From: a virus
Length of the DNA: 64,000 nucleotides
IMG/VR virus record: IMGVR_UViG_3300032214_001486
Location: 32,001-96,000 of that record
Direction: 5' to 3' (one strand)
Positions 43,369 to 52,692 of the stretch are shown here, piece by piece. The notes under the pieces are model-generated. The model worked only from the letters and a program-made list of their open reading frames with translations, searched no databases and was not told the DNA's origin. The position numbers and the translations under genes were made by a program. Every line of letters starts with the position of its first letter. Position 1 is the stretch's first letter.

Positions 43369-46038
43369 TTAGGCCCTTTTCAGCCATTCGATTGTGTCAA
43401 GGCGGCCGTCCTGCTCCAGCGTTTCGATCAATTGCTGGTAGCACTTGGGGCACGACTGCGCGACCTTTAGCTCTTGGCGTAGCTTCTGCTCTGCGGTCTG
43501 GATCGACTGACGCTCGGGGTCAGGTATATCCAAAACCACAGACAACAGGCGGCTGAACGCCGGGATCAAGGGGTAGGTGCGGAAAGCTATATCCTCTCGG
43601 ATAATCGAAAATCCCTCGTCGTGACCCTCCCCGTGACTAACTCCGTAGACGTAGTGGGCTAACTCGTGGCAGATCAGGCCGTGCAGGTACGCTGCTAAGT
43701 CCCGAGAGTTGTTATACCCTTTTTTCGCCTCCTTGAAGAAGAAGGGGTTTACTCCAATTGTGCTGATCTTGGAGATGTAGATAGCAATAACATCGTCGTT
43801 AAGGACGAAGCCGGGGTATACCCGTCCCGTCACCTGCCCATAAGTGTCGATCACCATGCGAAGAAGTTGATCCCATAGAACAAGCACAGGAAGATACTTA
43901 GCGTACTCTTTCTTGAATTTCCGGGCGCCCTCCGAATTATACTTGCCGTCTTTGTTGAGAAATTGCTTTCGACTAATCAGTAAGCCCGCGAAAGCCCCAA
44001 AGGGGTTGCCAAAGAGGCGCTGACGTTTCGCGTCGTCAATATCGTATTGATCTACCAGACCAAAGCGCAGCAGGTCGTTTAGAACGTCTGTCAAGGCGGA
44101 CTCAACGCTGAGGGCGAAGCTGATACCGCCTACTTCCGGCCGCGCTGCGTTGTCCTGTACGGTATCCAATGCCTGATACAGCAGATTTAGATCAGCCAGA
44201 TATAGGTGGTATGGGTGTCTTAGTTGCTCGGCCAAGATAGAGAATACATCGCGGTGTATCTCGCTATACCGTTTTTTGCCTGCAATTTCATTGTACGCTT
44301 TGAGGTAGTCCGTCAGAACAGTGACGCTGATCCGGTAAATTTCTATGGGGTCCACTCTCCGCTGCTCTGCTTCCCTGATTTCGTCCTCTTGGTCTAAGGC
44401 TTTATCCATCGCCTTTTCAGTCGGCGTGGCTACCCGTTGTGGGCTTTGGGGTGTCTCTGGCACATGATCCGACGCTACATCACCGGCTTTTTCTTCGCGT
44501 ACTTGTGCTTTGAGCTTAGCCCCCAGCTTTCGCTCCCCCCCTGCGGCTTGTTCTTTGCGGAAATCGCGGGCAACCTTAGCTCCCGCCTGAACAATGCTAA
44601 GTAAGTCAGCGTCGCCCAAAGCCTCAGCGACTTTTTTCTGAATTTCCTCTTGTTCCGGCGGCATAGTCGAAGATGCGCGCGGGTCGTACATTTCGTCCTC
44701 TTTGTCCTCTTTGACCGTTACTTTCTTCTCACAGAAGTCACGGAAAGAGTTAAAGGCGCTATGCTCGGCGCGTGTGTTGAATTTGTCCCGCCCGGTGTTA
44801 AAGGGGTATCCCTCGGTCCCCGGCACACCCGACCTTCCTTGCAGCGCGGACAGCCCCGGAGAGTCTAAATCTACTGTCATCCCTCGACGCCCATCAAAGT
44901 AAGGGGTGACAACCTCACCATTAAGGGTTAAGGTAATGTCCGGCAGATTATTGAGGGCCAGCAGTCTGCGAATTCGGACTTCAATGGGGTCATAATCCTC
45001 AACGACGGTGTAACCGTCTTTATTTAGGTAACTCACTCGGTCAAAGTGAGGCACCTTAAAGACAGTTAGCTCTACGCCGGCAACGTAGGGCATACCCGTT
45101 TCAATGGGTTCCTGCTTGTTTAACTGCTCAGAAGTAACGAACAAGTCTTGGGTCCGAATTTCCCACGACCTGTCCGCAGAGCAGCCAAGGATAACAGCCT
45201 TGGCTACACCAAAACCTCCCGTTGTGCCCGAAGTCGCATAGTCCAGCGTATAGTCATAATCTAAGGTCTTGTCATAAGACTTTTTTGGCTGCTGGAATTG
45301 AAGCAAGCCATTGAGCCTAATGTAGTAAGCGCCGTCATTTGCGTTGAGCCCCCGCTTGTATCTCCGCACAGCTAAACTAATGGAGGCATCAAAGTCCCCG
45401 CGGGCCAAGGCTTCGTTGTACTTATCGCTTTCCCCGATGCTAAGGAAAGATTGGATAATCTTTGCGTCCATGCCCGTGCCGTTGTCTCGAAAGATCAACG
45501 CGTTTTGGGTACGGTCTACCACCACATCAAAACGGCCCTCTCCCTTCTTGATTTTGCGCTGCTCGACCGCTTTGCGTATCGCATCCACAGAATTTTGTAG
45601 GGCCTCGCGCACCGCGAGTAGAGGTAGGTCTTTGCTTTCGTAGGTATTTTTAGTAAGTAGCTCCCACATGCGCGGTATGTTCGCCCCGTAAGCCAAAACC
45701 GGGCCCTTACCGTTGCGGCGCAGGCGGCGCAGGTGGCGCAGGACGGCGACCGGGTTGGTGCGGGCGTCTACCGCTGCGGCTGCTTGCTTGGGCGTGCGGC
45801 GTACACCCGCCTTCACCACCTCGATATGCTGCTGGCGAGTCAACGCAGGGGCCATGCCCCGCAGACGAGCACGAGCCCGGACGCGAACCGGGTCCATCTG
45901 ATCCAACATCGCTTGCAGCAGCCCCAGGTAGGGCTTTAACTCAGGATTGGTCGAGATACCGGGGATCTCCCGCTCGGCGTACTGCAAAAACTCTTGCGTC
46001 GTCATCGCACGGGTGTCTTGTGCTGGTGTCCAAGCCAT
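43369..46038 (-). CDS. GHKL (HSP90/MORC-like) ATPase fused to C-terminal HExxH zincin domain
   Basis: REALQNSVDA, DNGTGM, GESDK, GGFGVAK; CHELAH..HDEGF. Confidence 0.8.
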   Translation of the reverse strand: MAWTPAQDTRAMTTQEFLQYAEREIPGISTNPELKPYLGLLQAMLDQMDPVRVRARARLRGMAPALTRQQHIEVVKAGVRRTPKQAAAAVDARTNPVAVLRHLRRLRRNGKGPVLAYGANIPRMWELLTKNTYESKDLPLLAVREALQNSVDAIRKAVEQRKIKKGEGRFDVVVDRTQNALIFRDNGTGMDAKIIQSFLSIGESDKYNEALARGDFDASISLAVRRYKRGLNANDGAYYIRLNGLLQFQQPKKSYDKTLDYDYTLDYATSGTTGGFGVAKAVILGCSADRSWEIRTQDLFVTSEQLNKQEPIETGMPYVAGVELTVFKVPHFDRVSYLNKDGYTVVEDYDPIEVRIRRLLALNNLPDITLTLNGEVVTPYFDGRRGMTVDLDSPGLSALQGRSGVPGTEGYPFNTGRDKFNTRAEHSAFNSFRDFCEKKVTVKEDKEDEMYDPRASSTMPPEQEEIQKKVAEALGDADLLSIVQAGAKVARDFRKEQAAGGERKLGAKLKAQVREEKAGDVASDHVPETPQSPQRVATPTEKAMDKALDQEDEIREAEQRRVDPIEIYRISVTVLTDYLKAYNEIAGKKRYSEIHRDVFSILAEQLRHPYHLYLADLNLLYQALDTVQDNAARPEVGGISFALSVESALTDVLNDLLRFGLVDQYDIDDAKRQRLFGNPFGAFAGLLISRKQFLNKDGKYNSEGARKFKKEYAKYLPVLVLWDQLLRMVIDTYGQVTGRVYPGFVLNDDVIAIYISKISTIGVNPFFFKEAKKGYNNSRDLAAYLHGLICHELAHYVYGVSHGEGHDEGFSIIREDIAFRTYPLIPAFSRLLSVVLDIPDPERQSIQTAEQKLRQELKVAQSCPKCYQQLIETLEQDGRLDTIEWLKRA

Positions 46039-46042
46039 AGGA

Positions 46043-46516
46043 TTAGGCCCCCATCTGAGTAGCAAGGTCAAACAAACGAGAAACAGCAGACGGCGCGCTG
46101 GCGACCTCCGCCGGGACAGTCACTTGGCCCCGCTTGCGTTCACCGGGGGTCATATTGCGTATGTCTGTGAAGATACTGAGTACCTGGGCAGCCTTTGTGG
46201 GGTCTTGCTCCCACATACCCAAGGTCACTTCCGCCAGCTTATCCAGCCGTTTGAGCAGCGCAGCATCGACGGGCAGCGTGCCTCGACTCACAGCCAGCCG
46301 GAGAGCCTGTACGTTGCTCAGCATGGACGGAAGCGTGGTCGGGGGCCGACCGCGCAGGCTGACAATATCCTTGGGGGCTGCGGTGCGGGCTTCCCAGGTA
46401 GTCTTGACGTACTTGGCCCAATACGCCTTGTTTTGCTGCAAATGAGCAGACAAGTAAGGCGCGCGTTGGGCGACCGTAGCCAATACAGCATTGACTTGAT
46501 CTTTGGTGAGGATCAT
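46043..46516 (-). CDS. hypothetical helical protein
   Basis: AGGAG RBS; promoter TTGACC-17 bp-TATGAT just upstream. Confidence 0.7.
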   Translation of the reverse strand: MILTKDQVNAVLATVAQRAPYLSAHLQQNKAYWAKYVKTTWEARTAAPKDIVSLRGRPPTTLPSMLSNVQALRLAVSRGTLPVDAALLKRLDKLAEVTLGMWEQDPTKAAQVLSIFTDIRNMTPGERKRGQVTVPAEVASAPSAVSRLFDLATQMGA

Positions 46517-46576
46517 GGAGCACTCCTGAGCCCGCATCATAGCCCAGCGGTGGGTTTTAGGTCAAGGGGTACGGCT

Positions 46577-46615
46577 AAAACAGAATAACGCCCGCGGTTT
46601 GTGCCGCAGGCGTTA
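46577..46615 (-). terminator. intrinsic terminator ending the core-protein operon
   Basis: TAACGCCTGCGGCACAAACCGCGGGCGTTA stem-loop followed by TTCTGTTTT. Confidence 0.7.
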
Positions 46616-46650
46616 CCTGGGGGTCTATGCCCTGGGGGCTATCTCTGCAA

Positions 46651-48120
46651 TCAGCGACGACGGCGGGGGTTCGACTTGACGTTCTCGCCCAGCATTTCGT
46701 CAATGACTTCGTTGATCAGCTTCTTGATCTCCGCTTCCAATTGAGCGTCGCTCATGCCCTCGCCCGACACAGCCGGGCCGCGGGAAACCGGCGCGACGAC
46801 CGGAGCGGAGACAACGGGCGACGGCGCAGGCGCGGGAGCCTCGGGGATAACCGGGGCCGGCGGCGTTGTCTCGATGATCGCCTTGGCGACTTCGGGCGAA
46901 CCCGCAGCAGCAGGACGAATGGCGGCCAGCAGAAGTACAATGTTCTTTTTGATGTTTTCGATAAACTCTTTTTGGAATTCCGCTTTGGTCTGGTTTTCTT
47001 TGGGCGCAGCCTTGGCCGCGTAACGGGCAAGACCAGCATAAACCTTATCTACCTCAGAAGGTGTACCCCCCTTCCGTTTGATCATTTCGCGTAGGGCGGC
47101 CTCGATTGCGGGTGTAATATCCACAGGATTACGCCGGGCACCGTTAGAACGTGTCAGACGGTTACGGGGGTTCCCCAGGATCTTAGCAAAGGCCGCGTCA
47201 ATCTCAGCCTGTTCGCGCTCGGCCTCTGTCATTTCCGGCGCAGCCGCAGGGGCAGGTACAGCAGACGACTCATTCATAGCAGCCAAAAGGAGATCAGACC
47301 CGTCATCTTCCTCGACGGCTTCGGCCTCGGGGGGCAGCGGCGAAGGCTGGGAGTCTACAATGTCCACGTCTACGCCGGCCTTATTGGCGATCTGCTCCAC
47401 CGTATCGGCCACGTTCTCGGAAATGGCCTGGGCCTGCTCGGCGGCGGCCGTCGCATCCTGGGCCGCAGCTACGGTCACCGGGACCGCATCGGCGGGCTTT
47501 TGCTTGCGGGTCCGGGTGACCTTTTCCGCACCCTCCACGACAGCGGCGGCGTTGTTCGTCACGCCCTGTAGACGCTTGGCCGCCTCTAACTGCGTTTTAA
47601 GATCCTCCAACGCCTGCGAGTACGCCACGGGAGGGCGGCCAACACGGGCAGGGAGGGCAGTCCAATCCTTGCCTGCGCTCGTCTTAAAGACCTTTTTTTG
47701 CAGCTCAGCGATGTTCCGCTCGATAGCCGCTACCGAGTCGGTCGTGTCCTGCTGCTTTGTCTCAACGACCGCCGCGGCGGCCTTTGTAATCTTGGCCGCA
47801 GCCTTTTGACCCTGGGCCTCGGTCAGATTGACGGTCGGAGTCGGCGGAGGGGAAACAGCCTCCTGCACCGCGGGGCTTTGCATACCCCCAGCCATAAAGT
47901 CCCTGTGGTATTCGCCGCCGGGAAGGAAGGCATTTTCGTCCAGGTTATTGTACGCGGCCAGCCACTTTAGGTAGGTCGCAACCGCACCAGGGGCCGGGTT
48001 GCGGCGGCTCTTTGGGTTGGCGCGGGGTATCCAAGAGGGCGGCGGCTGGGCCGTCCAGGCCGAGCTAACCGACACCCACCGCTCTCCACGCTGTTCGTGA
48101 CTGCTGTTCCGACGAGCCAT
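46651..48120 (-). CDS. low-complexity core-like protein with multiple RxN(P) motifs
   Basis: MARRNS, RANPKSRRNP, GNPRNRLTRSNGARRNP, KSNPRRRR; GGAGG RBS. Confidence 0.75.
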   Translation of the reverse strand: MARRNSSHEQRGERWVSVSSAWTAQPPPSWIPRANPKSRRNPAPGAVATYLKWLAAYNNLDENAFLPGGEYHRDFMAGGMQSPAVQEAVSPPPTPTVNLTEAQGQKAAAKITKAAAAVVETKQQDTTDSVAAIERNIAELQKKVFKTSAGKDWTALPARVGRPPVAYSQALEDLKTQLEAAKRLQGVTNNAAAVVEGAEKVTRTRKQKPADAVPVTVAAAQDATAAAEQAQAISENVADTVEQIANKAGVDVDIVDSQPSPLPPEAEAVEEDDGSDLLLAAMNESSAVPAPAAAPEMTEAEREQAEIDAAFAKILGNPRNRLTRSNGARRNPVDITPAIEAALREMIKRKGGTPSEVDKVYAGLARYAAKAAPKENQTKAEFQKEFIENIKKNIVLLLAAIRPAAAGSPEVAKAIIETTPPAPVIPEAPAPAPSPVVSAPVVAPVSRGPAVSGEGMSDAQLEAEIKKLINEVIDEMLGENVKSNPRRRR

Positions 48121-48179
48121 AAGTACCTCCAAAGCGAAATCGAAGTGTCCCTAACCCGGTTCAGGGCGCACGCAAGGCA

Positions 48180-48689
48180 TCATCGCACCCGCGAGGCCCG
48201 GCGTCTATACCCTTTGCGGGCCTTGTTTGCCTTGACGGTCGCAGTTTTAGGGCCCCCGGCCTTCGCTTGCACCGCTAATGCCGCCGCTTGGATTATTTCG
48301 TCCCCGTGCTCTTTTAACTGCTCGGCGACTAAGGAAGCAAGGGCCTTGGCCCGGTCGTCGTCAGACAGAAACAGCCGCGCAGCCGGGTTGAGGGTCGAGA
48401 GCTTGCGTAAAATCTCAATCTGCCTTTCCGGGGTCGCTGCTACGAATTCATCCACATGCCCCTGTACTTTCTTGATTACTGTGGGCAGAACAAGGGGGAG
48501 AATTGCACGCGCCGCTGCGACTAAGGCAGGATGGTTGGCACGAACCGGGGGAAGGGGGGAGCCCACCACGATCACATCAAGACCAGGGCGTTTAAGGGCG
48601 GCGGCGTCTAACAAGGCATCGGCCTTGTTTTTGTACGGGCCGACGTTCCCGTAAGCGTTCCCATTTTTTCTGATCTCGATGCGATACAT
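48180..48689 (-). CDS. basic protein with RxN motifs
   Basis: RKNG, RANHP, KANK; Arg-rich C-terminus. Confidence 0.7.
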   Translation of the reverse strand: MYRIEIRKNGNAYGNVGPYKNKADALLDAAALKRPGLDVIVVGSPLPPVRANHPALVAAARAILPLVLPTVIKKVQGHVDEFVAATPERQIEILRKLSTLNPAARLFLSDDDRAKALASLVAEQLKEHGDEIIQAAALAVQAKAGGPKTATVKANKARKGYRRRASRVR

Positions 48690-48718
48690 GGTGGGCTCCC
48701 AAGGTGCGACGGCTTACT

Positions 48719-49891
48719 TTACTTCCGGGCGCGGAAGCTGATTTTGCGACCATCGCGGGTACGGAAGCTCACGTTGCTGTTGCGACGGCTGTTCGCACGG
48801 AGCGCCATCGACTGCACGCGCTCACCCGCCGGCAGGACGTTATCGAGCAGGGCCCGGCTGGTGGCCGGCTTGCGGCTGCTGACGCGGTAGACCCACGCTT
48901 CCCAATTGCGACCGTTGACCGCCCCATCCACAATGAAGCCGTCCACGACTTCACCCAGACCGGCGTTCTTGAATTCGGCAAGGCTTTCATCACCATCGTC
49001 GATCATGTCCAACGCCATTTTCTGACTAATCCGGTGATCCGCGACCTTCGCCGCAGTACGGAGCAGAGTCTTGGCGTCAATGGCCGCCGCGCGAGCGGTC
49101 GCGTAAGGCCCGAGATCGGCCCCGCGGTTGAGGTCGAATTCACCGTTTACCAGCACGGCGACGCGGTAGATACCCACGCCGGCCCGCCGACCGCCCTTCG
49201 CCTTGTGCTTCTCGCTGATTTTCACCCGAGTAGCAGTAGAGGGCACAATCCCCTTGCGCGAAGCACGGCCCTTGGGGGCCTTGCGCTCCGCAGGAAATGC
49301 CTCTTTCATTCCCGCGCGCACAATAGCCAGCCGTAGCTCCTCGGCCGTCAATTGCGAGTAGCTCGGGATCTTCAGACTCTTAGCCTCCTTCAGCAGACCT
49401 TTACGGTCCAGCCCGCTGATCTCCTCTTGAATTTCTTGGCGCGTTTGAGCCCGCTCACTCTTGGGGGCTTTGTCCGGCAGCGGGTAGGAAACATCCACCT
49501 CAGCCTTGACAACGGCCGCCAGCAGATCCTTCGCGCCCATCTTCGATAGGCCGGTCAGGCCCAGATCTTTTGCATCTGTGCGAAGGATATTTAGCTTTTC
49601 TTCCCCCTTGTACTTAGCGTAAGCAGCACGGACTTCCGCCCGATACTGCTTGCGCTGCTCCTTGATTTCACTCAAAGTAAAACCGCCGGAGACAGCCTGA
49701 GCGGCGGGCTTCGAGGCGGCAGGCTTCGGAGCCGGGGCGGGGGCGGGGGCGGGCGCCGCGACCGGGGCCTTGGGGGCCTTGGGGGCAGCGGAGGCGGCAG
49801 CGGCTTGAGCCTTTGAGGGGCGGTCGCGCTTCTTTTTTTCGCCGGCCTTAGCCTCGGTTTTGGTGTCGGTGCTGTTTCGGAAAACCAACAT
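48719..49891 (-). CDS. very basic DNA-binding/core-like protein with two Rho-N/HeH-like motifs
   Basis: LRTDAKDLGLTGLSKM..DLL and LLKEAKSLKIPSYSQL..EL; FRNS N-terminus, RANSRRNS near C-terminus. Confidence 0.7.
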   Translation of the reverse strand: MLVFRNSTDTKTEAKAGEKKKRDRPSKAQAAAASAAPKAPKAPVAAPAPAPAPAPKPAASKPAAQAVSGGFTLSEIKEQRKQYRAEVRAAYAKYKGEEKLNILRTDAKDLGLTGLSKMGAKDLLAAVVKAEVDVSYPLPDKAPKSERAQTRQEIQEEISGLDRKGLLKEAKSLKIPSYSQLTAEELRLAIVRAGMKEAFPAERKAPKGRASRKGIVPSTATRVKISEKHKAKGGRRAGVGIYRVAVLVNGEFDLNRGADLGPYATARAAAIDAKTLLRTAAKVADHRISQKMALDMIDDGDESLAEFKNAGLGEVVDGFIVDGAVNGRNWEAWVYRVSSRKPATSRALLDNVLPAGERVQSMALRANSRRNSNVSFRTRDGRKISFRARK

Positions 49892-49923
49892 TACAGTCTC
49901 CTGTCGGTGCGGGGGTGTGGGGG

Positions 49924-50307
49924 TTACTGCGAAACCATCAGAGCCAATTCGACGGTCACCGCATTTCCGGCGGGTGCTGTGACGGCGAGCCGGATAAACT
50001 TGCTCGGCACGACCGCCACAGGAATTACGGTTGGAACCCCCGGTGGAAGTACAGTAGCAGATACCTCTAAGGGGATCAAGGTCTGAACCGCGTTGGCGTC
50101 AGAAATTGAGGCTTGAACCGAAACGGTCGCCCCCGCAGCCCCCGCCGTCTGACTCGCATAGACCAGAAGGCGCGGGGCGCCTCGGTTTTGGAGATAGGTG
50201 AAGAACGTGGTAGCCCCCGCATTGATCACGCGCGCTTCCCAATACTGAGAAAGCTGCGTGGCTGCGACGACTATAGCGCCCGTGGCGGTTGCGTTTACAT
50301 GCGACAT
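49924..50307 (-). CDS. small beta-rich virion-like protein
   Basis: All-beta pattern, KFIRLAVT; in capsid-like operon. Confidence 0.6.
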   Translation of the reverse strand: MSHVNATATGAIVVAATQLSQYWEARVINAGATTFFTYLQNRGAPRLLVYASQTAGAAGATVSVQASISDANAVQTLIPLEVSATVLPPGVPTVIPVAVVPSKFIRLAVTAPAGNAVTVELALMVSQ

Positions 50308-50316
50308 ACTGCCCCC

Positions 50317-51003
50317 TTAGTAGTACGACGCCATGAGTCGGAAATTGTTACTCGGGACGCCGGCCACAAGCCAGCCCGGCTCGTCTATGAGAGGCGAGCT
50401 ACGGTACTGAAAGCGAAGCTCGCAGCGCCAGTAACGGATGGGGTAGCCCCCACCAGTCGGCATGAATTGGGCGACGGCGGAAGGCATCGTGCCGACAAAA
50501 TCGGTCGTTATGTCCTCGTCGTCGGACACCTGCTGAATGGCGTTGGGGTCGTTGATGCTTGCGTATTCCCGCGCAAGCACCCGGAACCCAAAGGACCGAG
50601 CCCATGTGCGGAAATTCAGGTTGTAAATCTGGACCCACAGCTTGCCCGCAGCCCCCAACGGCCGCCAGATCGGGTATGTACCCGTGTTCTGGACGACCGT
50701 TGGCGTGGCTACAGGGGGCCCAAACGTCTGCGGCGAACCCGTCAGATAGGCTTGACCCTGGCCCCGGTCCATCGCTGCGCCACGAAGCTCGGGGCGCAGG
50801 TCGAAGGTAGCAGAGCGCCAAACCGCCTGGGCGTAGACCAGGGGCTCGGCAAGCTCCAGCGCGTACTGCAATTCGATGGGGGTGATATTCCACAACGCCG
50901 TAGGCATGTTTGCCGGATACGGGTAGGGAATGGCCCCCAGCGGATTTGCGAGGAACGCAGCATCCGAAAATTGGTCGGGATTGCGACCGGGGATTTTTGT
51001 CAT
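50317..51003 (-). CDS. virion-like protein (minor capsid or penton candidate)
   Basis: Follows the capsid-like pair; W.S.TFDLRP..RYWR.ELRF. Confidence 0.55.
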   Translation of the reverse strand: MTKIPGRNPDQFSDAAFLANPLGAIPYPYPANMPTALWNITPIELQYALELAEPLVYAQAVWRSATFDLRPELRGAAMDRGQGQAYLTGSPQTFGPPVATPTVVQNTGTYPIWRPLGAAGKLWVQIYNLNFRTWARSFGFRVLAREYASINDPNAIQQVSDDEDITTDFVGTMPSAVAQFMPTGGGYPIRYWRCELRFQYRSSPLIDEPGWLVAGVPSNNFRLMASYY

Positions 51004-51005
51004 GC

Positions 51006-51701
51006 TTATTGACCGACGGTGTAGTTGCTGGGCGCGCGAACCTCGACACAATGCAGAGAAATGTCGATCCGCAGAGAGGCGAGCAGCGGCGTGATCCCAA
51101 GCTGGACGGACGCGCCCGGCTGAATGACATAGCCCGTGCCGCCGACTTCGCCGGGGTTAAAGCCGTCACCGATACAGGTTGTCGCCAACCGCGGGCCGGT
51201 CATCAGCTTGTCGCCTGTCGAATACTCGATGCGGAACAGGTACGTTCCGTTGGCTTGCACGCCCAGCGGGAAAGCGTTGCCGACCCCCGTATTGAACGCA
51301 CCGCCGTTCATGGCGATAAGGTAACAGGGAATGTCAAAGTTGACAATTCGAATAGCCTCCTGCCCAACCGTATAGTCCGGGTCACCCGACGACAAAGTAG
51401 CGCCGTAGAACCGGGTCTGTGTGCCGATATTGCCGGAAGTAGGCAGATACGGGGCGGTCGGGAACACCGGGACACGAACAGCGCGAGGGGTCTGCGGCTT
51501 TTGCGCGGCCTGCTGCGTCACCTGCAAGAGCGCCTGCAATTGCTGGCCCTGGGCCGCAACCTGCTGGGCTTGAATATGTAGCTGGGCCTGTAGGGCTGCG
51601 ATGTAATTACCGACCGCACCGCTATTCCCGTAGGGGTCAGCCCCGGCAACCAGCGCGCCCATGCCGGGCATTTGCGTAACCGCGGATCGAAAGTCAGACA
51701 T
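51006..51701 (-). CDS. putative second single jelly-roll capsid protein
   Basis: Q-rich N-terminal helix, then beta-rich RIVNFD..FRIEY..LM.GP..G..PG..YVIQPG. Confidence 0.5.
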   Translation of the reverse strand: MSDFRSAVTQMPGMGALVAGADPYGNSGAVGNYIAALQAQLHIQAQQVAAQGQQLQALLQVTQQAAQKPQTPRAVRVPVFPTAPYLPTSGNIGTQTRFYGATLSSGDPDYTVGQEAIRIVNFDIPCYLIAMNGGAFNTGVGNAFPLGVQANGTYLFRIEYSTGDKLMTGPRLATTCIGDGFNPGEVGGTGYVIQPGASVQLGITPLLASLRIDISLHCVEVRAPSNYTVGQ

Positions 51702-51837
51702 GATTTACCCCTTTGTGGGAGTACGGAGAGGGAGACAGGGGGGAGTATACCCCAAGGGGGGCCCCGAGGGGAATAGGCAAACCGGGGCGGGCCTGGGGGC
51801 CTGGAGGCTTGGGGCCTGGGGGCCTGGGGTGTAAATG

Positions 51838-51880
51838 CACAAAAGTAAGACGGCCCGCCCGCGGAGTCCGGGGCGGGCCG
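51838..51880 (-). terminator. intrinsic terminator or attenuator after major capsid-like gene
   Basis: CGGCCCGCCCCGGACTCCGCGGGCGGGCCG stem-loop followed by TCTTACTTTT. Confidence 0.65.
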
Positions 51881-51928
51881 AATGGGGAGTATCGGAAGGG
51901 GAAACCGACCCTCCACCGGGGGTACAGA

Positions 51929-52621
51929 TCAGCCGATCTCGATCACGTTCTTGTAATAGCCCAGGAGAGCGACCTTGATCGCCAGGGCGAAGTTCGCGCC
52001 TACGGCCGGGGCGCGGCTACCAAAGCGGAGGATGGTCGAGAAGGTCGTGGTGGCCGGGAGGGCGACCGCGTGCTTCCGGTACATCCAAACGCTACCAGCA
52101 CCGTTGTTCATCGCGCCGCTGTTCGCGCCGGCCGCGTTCTGCGACACGGAACCAAACGCGCCGCCACCAGCGCCGATCATGTGGATCGGGCTAATGTCAA
52201 CGGTGGTCTGGGTGAAGTCCCAGCTCAGTACGCCGTTGTTGAGCACGTTCTGGAGGTTGCCGATCTTCTCGGGGGTGTCCAGGGGAGCCGCGAGGGAGCT
52301 ATCGAGGCCCGTGCCGCAGTAGACGTGGCACGAAATGCCGAATACGTCGAACGCGACACCGGCCGGGATACGACCGCCTTCCTTCAGAGAGGTTTCGGCG
52401 ATTGTCAAGGCTTGGCCGAAGCCTTGCCCCTGCTGCCCGAGCGGGGTCGCAAACAGACGGTTGGTGCTGTTGGCGAGCGCCGCGGTCGCCGCAAAGCCCT
52501 GGGTACTCCAAATACTTTGCTCGCCGTAGCGGAAAAGCTGGGTGGGTTGGCGGAACGGAACCGGGGGGATCGAAATGTCGGGCGGGGCCACGAGGGCCAT
52601 GCCGGGAGTGCCGTAGGACAT
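51929..52621 (-). CDS. putative major capsid protein (single jelly-roll type)
   Basis: 230 aa, beta-rich; LF..P.G..LT.AETS..GG.IP..F.V.GI pattern recalled from SJR capsid proteins; strong C/G third-position bias; own terminator. Confidence 0.6.
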   Translation of the reverse strand: MSYGTPGMALVAPPDISIPPVPFRQPTQLFRYGEQSIWSTQGFAATAALANSTNRLFATPLGQQGQGFGQALTIAETSLKEGGRIPAGVAFDVFGISCHVYCGTGLDSSLAAPLDTPEKIGNLQNVLNNGVLSWDFTQTTVDISPIHMIGAGGGAFGSVSQNAAGANSGAMNNGAGSVWMYRKHAVALPATTTFSTILRFGSRAPAVGANFALAIKVALLGYYKNVIEIG

Positions 52622-52692
52622 GGGAAATCTCCAAGGGGGGAAGGAGCGAGGGGGAGGGGTTGCACCGAGTACCAATTACCCGGCGCAGAGGG

